A stretch of DNA of 64,000 nt from Candidatus Latescibacterota bacterium (GTDB taxonomy: Bacteria > Latescibacterota > UBA2968 > UBA8231). The stretch is from positions 3,712,001 through 3,776,000 of the forward strand of contig OZ241362.1 of the NCBI GenBank assembly GCA_965200315.1, given 5' to 3'. A model generated the notes under the pieces. It was not told where the DNA came from, made no database searches, and saw only the letters and a list, made by a program, of their open reading frames with translations. A program made the position numbers and the translations under genes. Positions 57,704 to 64,000 of the stretch are shown one piece after another; position 1 is the stretch's first letter, and the number at the start of each line of letters is the position of its first letter.

Positions 57704-58797
57704 CCGCTTATCCTCACTTCCCGGCCCTCGGCGGCCGAGCGGTATAGGCCATCGAGAGCGGCTATGACGTTGAGCACTTCCTCTTTTGTGACCAGCAACT
57801 CGGCCCGTCCTGCGAGCACTTCGACAAAGTGGGCCGCCGCTTTCCAGTGGCCCGAGAAGGGCACCGAGGGGTCGGGCGGCACGTTGAGCTGGGTGTCGGC
57901 CTGATAGCGGCCCAAGGTGCCGATAAAGGTGAGCGGATTGAAGGTGAGGCCGCCCTTGGTGCCCATGATGAGGGTGCCGCCGGTGCCATCGGGCACGTTG
58001 GCCGCCCAACTGGCCCTAATGCTGATGGTGGCGTCGTTTTCCAAGCGCAAAAAGCCAGCGGCCATATCCTCGACATCGTACTCGCCCATGTCGTAGTCTC
58101 GGGGCGCAAACACGCCCTCTGGTGCGCCGCTGTCGGCCAGCGACGTGACCACGTCTTCGCGCTGGTCGGCCAGCTTGGTATAAGTCGCGCCCGAAGCGGC
58201 CACCACTTGGGGGTTGCCCATGATCCACAGCAGGGCGTCGAGCGCGTGGACGCCAATGTCGTAGAGGGGGCCGCCGCCCGAGGCTTCTTTCAGGTGGAAG
58301 CGGCCCCAAGTGGGTACGCCGCGGCGGCGGAAGGCCGAGGTTTCGGCGTAGTACATCTCGCCTAGATGACCGCTGGCGGCCAGTTGCTTGGCAGCCGTAT
58401 TCGCGCCCGAGAAGCGGCCCGTCTGGGTTACAAATAGATGGCGGCCAGCGGCCTCGGCCGCCGCGTACATGGCTACGGCATCGGCGTGGCTGGCGGCGAC
58501 GGGTTTTTCGCACAAGACGTGGGCACCGGCTTGGAGGGCGGCTTCGGTGTAGGCGCGGTGTGAGACGTTGGGGGTGCAGACGGAGACGATATCCGGGCGC
58601 AGCTCGTCCAGCATGCGCCCACAGTCGTCGTAGGCGTGGGGGATGCCGTGGCGGTCGGCGGTCTGTTGGGACTTGGCCAAGGTGTGATTGAACGCGCCGA
58701 CCACTTGTACGGCCGGGGCCAACGCCAGCCAAGCGGGGATGTGCCCGACGTTGGCAATCATGCCCGTGCCGACGATGGCTACTTTGTATGGGGCCAT
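57700..58797 (-). CDS. Gfo/Idh/MocA-family oxidoreductase
   Basis: VGTGMIA, CEKP, GGGPLYDIGVH. Confidence 0.93.
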   Translation of the reverse strand: MAPYKVAIVGTGMIANVGHIPAWLALAPAVQVVGAFNHTLAKSQQTADRHGIPHAYDDCGRMLDELRPDIVSVCTPNVSHRAYTEAALQAGAHVLCEKPVAASHADAVAMYAAAEAAGRHLFVTQTGRFSGANTAAKQLAASGHLGEMYYAETSAFRRRGVPTWGRFHLKEASGGGPLYDIGVHALDALLWIMGNPQVVAASGATYTKLADQREDVVTSLADSGAPEGVFAPRDYDMGEYDVEDMAAGFLRLENDATISIRASWAANVPDGTGGTLIMGTKGGLTFNPLTFIGTLGRYQADTQLNVPPDPSVPFSGHWKAAAHFVEVLAGRAELLVTKEEVLNVIAALDGLYRSAAEGREVRISG

Positions 58798-58844
58798 GTT
58801 TTTTTATCCTTTTGCGGCGGTGCGATGCGAACGACGTACCAGGG

Positions 58845-59249
58845 TCACAGGCGGAGGAATTGGCGCGGTGAATAGGCCGTTTGAGGAAAGTCCCGAATAA
58901 TCTGTTTGTCGGCAGTCACCAAAGGGCTATCCAGCACTTGTGCCAAAGCCACGAACTCGCAGTCGTAGGCCGAAAGCGAAGAAGCCGCGACCAAACTCAA
59001 TACCTGGACAGAAGGTACCTCGAATTCGTTTTCTTGCAGGAAATCCTCGGCCTCTTGTTGGATGGCTAACGCCTTTTCTATACTGATGATCTTTTTTTTG
59101 AGATAGAGAGCCAGTACACTTCTGAATTCACTCCTCCACAACAGCGGTGCGGCCCAATGGCTGTCTTTTCGCAGCACCTGCTCGACGAGGACTGTCTGCT
59201 TGGTGGACAGATACAGATAGCTGATGATGTTCGTATCTACGACAATCAC
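58845..59249 (-). CDS. vapC: VapC-family PIN-domain toxin
   Basis: 'MIVVDTN', 'WRSEF', 'SAYDCEFVALA', 'LVTAD'. Confidence 0.92.
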   Translation of the reverse strand: MIVVDTNIISYLYLSTKQTVLVEQVLRKDSHWAAPLLWRSEFRSVLALYLKKKIISIEKALAIQQEAEDFLQENEFEVPSVQVLSLVAASSLSAYDCEFVALAQVLDSPLVTADKQIIRDFPQTAYSPRQFLRL

Positions 59250-59488
59250 GGTCTGCCGGTGGCAATGGCCCGTTCGATTTCCTCGGCTTGCATCGGGCTC
59301 GCTCCTATTTGAACCCGCAGGGCCCGGGCACGAATCAGGCGCTCTTCAGGCGCAACGCGCCGGGCGAGAAAGGCGTGCTCCAAGCAGGCGATGATTTCAC
59401 TGTTGAGGCTGCGGCGGTGCGTTTGGGCGGCTGTTTTCAACTCTGCATAGAGCTTGGGTGGGATATTCTTTACGGTAATTGCTGGCAT
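59246..59488 (-). CDS. Ribbon-helix-helix (FitA/Arc-like) antitoxin
   Basis: 'ITVKNIP..LY..LK..A..HRRSLNSEII..L'; stop overlaps the vapC start. Confidence 0.9.
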   Translation of the reverse strand: MPAITVKNIPPKLYAELKTAAQTHRRSLNSEIIACLEHAFLARRVAPEERLIRARALRVQIGASPMQAEEIERAIATGRP

Positions 59489-59641
59489 GAGTACGCTCTT
59501 TCCTGAAGATTGTATTTTGGTATCAAAATGGTTTACTCTTGTCTAGTGGTCAAGAGGCTACGAAAAAAATCGTTTTTTTTGACCCAACGGACATTCCCTG
59601 TCCGCTTGGAGAACATCTTTAATTCCGTGGAGAACCAAGCT

Positions 59642-59899
59642 ATGCCCATAACCGATGCGATTCACAAGACGGATCGACTTGAAGAAATCAAAATACTGTT
59701 CCTGCGACGGCCCGAAGGGGTAGGGACTAGAGAAATCGCCCAGCTTTTGCGCGTGAGCCAACGGACGGCCCGGCGCTATGTACTGGAATTGTCGGAGAAG
59801 GGGCGGCTGCCGGTGTACCAGGAGGGCCGGGTCTGGAAGCTAGTGGAGGGCTGACAAATCGATCTGCGTCGTATCCAGTTAAACCTATCGCACGCGGGT
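59642..59899 (+). pseudogene. Winged-HTH N-terminal part of a WYL-type regulator, truncated (70-aa ORF ends at 59854)
   Basis: 'KTDRLEEI..L....EGVGTREIAQLLRVSQRTARRY..L....LPVYQEG..WKL'; past TGA 59852-59854 the frame reads QIDLRRIQLNLSHA, like the wHTH-WYL linker. Confidence 0.6.
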
Positions 59900-59920
59900 A
59901 AGAAAACGCCTTGCAATGCC

Positions 59921-59949
59921 TTGCATAGTGAACAAAGTTGCACTATAAT
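59921..59949 (+). promoter_or_regulatory. Near-consensus sigma70 promoter of the cas operon with an overlapping inverted repeat
   Basis: TTGCAT-17 bp-TATAAT; ATAGTG-AAC...GTT-G-CACTAT inverted repeat at 59925-59946. Confidence 0.7.
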
Positions 59950-60150
59950 TTGAGTATGATAACAGCAAAACCAACTCAGAAGGAGAACTGACGTGGGCGC
60001 GACCTATCGGACTCAAACCGAGGGGCCGCCGCGAATACGTGCTTTCGGACGGAAAACCCATCGCCGAGATTGAGTTCGAGGGAGAAACGGAGAACTGAAG
60101 CGGTTGCCGGCGGTTTTGTTGAAGGCTTACCAATAAGTCTGGAGAAGAAC

Positions 60151-60798
60151 ATGAAATCCTATACAGTCCAATTTGAAATCGCTGGCCCAACAGCCATGTG
60201 GACCCGGCCCGATACTGGTGATGCACCAGTTAGCTATCTAGTGCCGACGTTTTCAGCGGTCAAGGGGATGTTTGAATCTATCTGCTGGCTCAAGTCAGCT
60301 AACGTTAAGCCCGTAAAAGTCGAAATATGCGCACCACTTATCTTTCACACGTACTCGACAAACTATGGAGGACCTTTGCGCAAGAGCAAGATAATGAAGA
60401 AGGGAAGCAGCTACCAACTGCTATCGACGGTGTTGATCAATGTCAACTATCGACTGTATGCGGAAGTGGAAACCGTAGATTCCAGAATGCGGCAACTATC
60501 AGAACGTGCGGAGCGATCTCCTACTCTTTCTAGAAACGGGGCGCACGCATATCGGGATATGTTTGAACGTCGTCTGACACGCGGCCAATGGCATTCCGTT
60601 CCTTGCCTAGGCTGGAAAGAGTTTACGCCAAGCTACGTAGGCCCGTTTCGCGACGAGACTAAGATCTGCAAAAAAATTAACACAGTCATTCCAAGCATGC
60701 TACACTCCGTCTTTTCCGAACCCAAATTTGGTACTTATCAGCCAACATTTCGACAAAATGTCGTGATCGAAAATGGAGTCCTAATCTATGATAAATGA
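60151..60798 (+). CDS. cas5: CRISPR-associated Cas5, type I-C-like
   Basis: 'EIAGPTAMWTRP', 'VSY.VPT.SA.KG.FESI.W', 'VL.NV.Y', 'PCLGWKEF'. Confidence 0.88.
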   Translation: MKSYTVQFEIAGPTAMWTRPDTGDAPVSYLVPTFSAVKGMFESICWLKSANVKPVKVEICAPLIFHTYSTNYGGPLRKSKIMKKGSSYQLLSTVLINVNYRLYAEVETVDSRMRQLSERAERSPTLSRNGAHAYRDMFERRLTRGQWHSVPCLGWKEFTPSYVGPFRDETKICKKINTVIPSMLHSVFSEPKFGTYQPTFRQNVVIENGVLIYDK

Positions 60799-62920
60799 GC
60801 TCTTTCTTCTCTCCGAAAGTCTGAAACAGGCTAAAGTTAAATCTCAACCTTGGCACCGGCACTTAAAAGGTCTTCCGAGTGGGAAAGCATTCTACGTCGA
60901 ACTCGACCGTCAAGGACATGTTGCCAAAGTTTCACCTATTATCGACCCGCAAATTCGAGCAGAATTGCGGAAATACGAAAAAGCTGCTGGTTACTCATTT
61001 CCATCATTCAACGTGCCGCCGTTGCTACAGTTCGTAAACGATGAGGAAAAGGAACGCGCAGCCATATTAAAAAAAAGGCTTGGATCGAAGAAGCCGCCAG
61101 AGGCAACGGATCGTGACGAAGAACTCAAATATCTGCTCTCAGTGAGCACATCGGGCTGGGATCAGCCTAACAAGGGTGTGCGTGGCAAAGACGAAATGGA
61201 CAAAGTGAATGATTGTCTATCTTCAGTAGCTCAAAATCTGGCTACGATGATGGGTGATTGCACAGATGAATCACAATCGTTTTTTGAATTGCTGCGCCGA
61301 GCCCAACTAACAAAAGGGCACACCTTTCATAAACAGTTGGAAGAGAGAGCGGTGCAAGGGATAAAGTCCGAACCACCCGAAGCTACTGAATGGATGGATA
61401 TTTTGTTCTTTCATTCGGGGAAGACACCAAAGAAGATCGCGATCGTCTTAGAACTCGTTGATCAATCGCAATTTGAGTATCCGGCGAACCATCCTGAGGT
61501 CCAAGCTTGGGTAAACAAGCACCTCCTGAGAACGGAAACCGTTGGGGAAGCAAAGCAGAAGAACGCGGACACACCGGATGCCTTTGCGATGAAAGGCGGC
61601 GGTACGAATGACAGCTTTCCAGAAGTCAAAATCCCGAAGCTGGGAAAGGTCAAGCTGCGCGCGATGTCTAAAGAACAGCCGTGTCAGCGGCGGTATGGTT
61701 CGGCCGACGCCCAATCGTTCCGAGTCTCGCAGTCAGTACGTCAAACCATGAAGAACGCTCTGGAGTGGATCACAGAGGACGAACGACGCGGAAAAACATG
61801 GTGCGACGTATCTTCGCTAGGCGGCACGTCTGCAATATTGATTGCCTATCCCTCCGAACTGCCTCCAGAAGCACCAGAGCTCGCGGGGTTGTTCGGTGGT
61901 GAAAGAAACCAACCTGACCCTGATGGTTCACGCTTCGAGGTCTGTGCGAGTCGTGTTACTGAGACTCTTAAGGGACAAACAGCGTCGTCACAAAATGCTG
62001 ACGTGCGCGTTTTTGTTCTGACCAAGCCCGATGGCTTTCGGACCAAGGTGCTGCACAGCAGTCGCTATACTGTTCAACACTTGCTCGACAGCGCTGACGA
62101 ATGGCAAGAGCTTTGTCGCAACTCGCCACCAGTAATGATTCGTCAATTTGGTCCAAAGAAAGGTGACAAACCCGTTTGGCAGCGTCCTCGCACGCCCTAC
62201 CCGGCTGAGGTGGTGTGGTGCCTAAACACGGTTTGGCAGCAAATGGGAACGCATCCCAAGACTACTTTCGATTTCCAGATTTCGGATGGCCTGTCTTTAC
62301 TACTGTCAGACGGTCCGGTGTTGCAAACGGTTACGAGGAGGGCAGTTCGGGCTATCACCAGTAATTCGTTATCGCTGCTGCTAGCGATCGGCCAAGCTGG
62401 CCATCAGGAAAAGGTTCACTCGATGAGTAAGGTTTATGGCAAACAAGCCTTGTTGCTTCCCCAGATTCTCGGATTGCTACTTGGAAAACTCGACTATAAG
62501 AAAGGAATTTATATGAAAAATGCACCTTATCTGATTGGTCGTCTCCTGAGTTTGGCCGACCAGTTACACATGCAGTATTGCCGTGAAGTACGCAAGGGCC
62601 AAGTGCCACCTCAATTAGTAGGTAATGCCCTCATGACAAGTGCGATGGAAACACCCGAAAAGGCACTCGCCTTATTTTGGCAGCGCATCAAGCCCTACTA
62701 CGCTTGGGCACAAACTGTCCAAGGTGGCGAGGAAGTACGTCTCACCAAGTACTTCCTCGGCGAGATAGGGCGCATCTGCGAATCCCTTTCCGAGCCGGAG
62801 CTACCAAGCCGATGCTCGGATACCGATAAGGTCGCTATGCTGCTTGGGTACCTCGCCCGTTCTGAAAAGGAAAAATCCGACGATTCGTCGAAAACTTCAA
62901 ACGAAGGAGAGCAGGAATGA
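60788..62920 (+). CDS. cas8c: Divergent Cas8c-like large subunit
   Basis: Lies between cas5 and cas7; 'MINEL' start; C-terminal 'PYLIGRLL...Q...MLLGY' Cas11-like domain. Confidence 0.75.
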   Translation: MINELFLLSESLKQAKVKSQPWHRHLKGLPSGKAFYVELDRQGHVAKVSPIIDPQIRAELRKYEKAAGYSFPSFNVPPLLQFVNDEEKERAAILKKRLGSKKPPEATDRDEELKYLLSVSTSGWDQPNKGVRGKDEMDKVNDCLSSVAQNLATMMGDCTDESQSFFELLRRAQLTKGHTFHKQLEERAVQGIKSEPPEATEWMDILFFHSGKTPKKIAIVLELVDQSQFEYPANHPEVQAWVNKHLLRTETVGEAKQKNADTPDAFAMKGGGTNDSFPEVKIPKLGKVKLRAMSKEQPCQRRYGSADAQSFRVSQSVRQTMKNALEWITEDERRGKTWCDVSSLGGTSAILIAYPSELPPEAPELAGLFGGERNQPDPDGSRFEVCASRVTETLKGQTASSQNADVRVFVLTKPDGFRTKVLHSSRYTVQHLLDSADEWQELCRNSPPVMIRQFGPKKGDKPVWQRPRTPYPAEVVWCLNTVWQQMGTHPKTTFDFQISDGLSLLLSDGPVLQTVTRRAVRAITSNSLSLLLAIGQAGHQEKVHSMSKVYGKQALLLPQILGLLLGKLDYKKGIYMKNAPYLIGRLLSLADQLHMQYCREVRKGQVPPQLVGNALMTSAMETPEKALALFWQRIKPYYAWAQTVQGGEEVRLTKYFLGEIGRICESLSEPELPSRCSDTDKVAMLLGYLARSEKEKSDDSSKTSNEGEQE
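62513..62920 (+). CDS. cas11: Internally initiated Cas11 small subunit (135 aa), in frame within cas8
   Basis: AAAGGAA RBS in AT-rich context upstream of the in-frame ATG 62513 (MKNAPYLIGRLL). Confidence 0.7.
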   Translation: MKNAPYLIGRLLSLADQLHMQYCREVRKGQVPPQLVGNALMTSAMETPEKALALFWQRIKPYYAWAQTVQGGEEVRLTKYFLGEIGRICESLSEPELPSRCSDTDKVAMLLGYLARSEKEKSDDSSKTSNEGEQE

Positions 62921-63774
62921 CAGCTACTATTGCCAACGGCGTGAAACGATTCACGGGACTTCTGGTCATCGAAGTCATCAACTCCAATCCCAACGGTGAC
63001 CCAGACCGCGAGAGCGACCCACGGCAGCGCCCTGATGAGCGCGGAGAAATTTCTCCTGTTTCGTTCAAACGCAAAGTGCGCGATTTGATCGAATCGAAGG
63101 ATGGGGCTGTCTGGCAAGAAATGCGGACGGAAATGGACCTGAGCGACGAGCGATTTATGATCCTCGAGTCGCGTGGACGAGATCGCAAGCAGATTGATCA
63201 GGAATTAAAAAATGGATCGTTTCAAGGGAAATACTGGGACGGTCGGGTATTCGGAAACACCTTCTTGGAAGAAGGAGCCGCTGATACGATTAAGACAGGC
63301 GTAGCCCAGTTTGGTCTTGGGCTAAGCGTGGCCCCGATCGAAATCAGTCGCCATACCAACACAAACAAAGCCGGGGTGCAAGAAGGCAAAGATCGTGGTA
63401 TGGCCCCGATGGGCTATCGCTTTGTGCCACATGGAGTCTATTGCATGCCATTCTTTATAAATCCCTCTATGGCTCATAAATCGGGTTGTACGCAACAAGA
63501 TATCAACTTGTTGTTCAAAGTTATACCATACGCCTACGCACATACTCGGTCTCACGCCCGACCACTTGTCGATCTACGTCATGCTTGGGTGGTCGAGCAT
63601 AAATCAGTGCTGGGGTCGTGCTCCGATTTCGAGATTATCGAGGCATTGACACCAAGCAAGGATGGTGATCCCAACTCACCCTCAAACGCATGGTCCGATT
63701 ACACTGTGCCGACGCAGTTATCGGACGCATTGGTTGCTCGTGTCGCGAAAGTTCGGGATTTGGTGGCAGAATGA
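62917..63774 (+). CDS. cas7: CRISPR-associated Cas7 (Csd2/Csh2-type)
   Basis: 'NSNPNGDPD...PR', 'VSFKRKVRD', 'YWDGRVFG', 'VPHGVY'. Confidence 0.92.
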   Translation: MTATIANGVKRFTGLLVIEVINSNPNGDPDRESDPRQRPDERGEISPVSFKRKVRDLIESKDGAVWQEMRTEMDLSDERFMILESRGRDRKQIDQELKNGSFQGKYWDGRVFGNTFLEEGAADTIKTGVAQFGLGLSVAPIEISRHTNTNKAGVQEGKDRGMAPMGYRFVPHGVYCMPFFINPSMAHKSGCTQQDINLLFKVIPYAYAHTRSHARPLVDLRHAWVVEHKSVLGSCSDFEIIEALTPSKDGDPNSPSNAWSDYTVPTQLSDALVARVAKVRDLVAE

Positions 63775-64000
63775 TGTTGCTTGCGCACAGTCCGCAACCA
63801 GAGAACGAGATTCCCGCTCAACCATATGCCGAACACATTGAGAACGTCATCGTGTCAGCAGTTCGGCATGCCAATGATCTGACTGCTACCGCTACTGATA
63901 GTCAATTGTTCAAGTTCGCTGTTCAGTTGGCAGCCGAATTTCACGATCTCGGCAAACTTGACCCGGAGAACCAAGCTGTCCTTTCAGTCGGTGGCAGTGG
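63771..64000 (+). CDS. cas3: Cas3 HD nuclease domain, N-terminus (partial, runs off the window)
   Basis: MMLLAHS...YAEHIENV...AAEFHDLGK; ATGA overlap with the cas7 stop. Confidence 0.85.
   Translation, partial: MMLLAHSPQPENEIPAQPYAEHIENVIVSAVRHANDLTATATDSQLFKFAVQLAAEFHDLGKLDPENQAVLSVGGS

Noticed and set aside
59489-64000. CRISPR array near the cas genes
   Set aside because: No regularly spaced 28-37 bp repeats seen; any array lies outside the window

Overview
GC-rich (about 60-65% by eye) bacterial chromosome segment, mostly housekeeping and catabolic genes with small accessory insertions. A full-length SprA homolog, several PhyH-family dioxygenases, a sulfatase and a secreted protein ending in a 'T-A-V-x-x-x-S-W-G-x-I-K' tail suggest an FCB-group organism such as Ca. 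Latescibacterota (inference). Recognisable content: peptide ABC ATPases, an HTH-fused DNA methyltransferase facing a frameshifted restriction endonuclease, fbaB, tRNA-Asp, def, larE, an ATP-grasp-like ligase, a 6xLysM amidase, selA, lptFG, a sprA-comEA-pilM-like-coaD-dprA run, feoAB, anmK, an M16C peptidase, tRNA-Phe, murA, a uxaA/PhyH-HEAT operon, several intact or decayed toxin-antitoxin modules, and the start of a lower-GC divergent type I-C CRISPR-Cas operon (cas5-cas8[+internal cas11]-cas7-cas3; no array in the window). The best leads are a ~290-nt highly self-complementary leader upstream of sprA, the linkage of sprA with competence genes, an apparent CCWGG->CTWGG/CCWAG mutational signature, an ATP-grasp/LarE/def/tRNA operon, and decay confined to defence and toxin genes. 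All calls come from reading motifs by eye; no searches were run.
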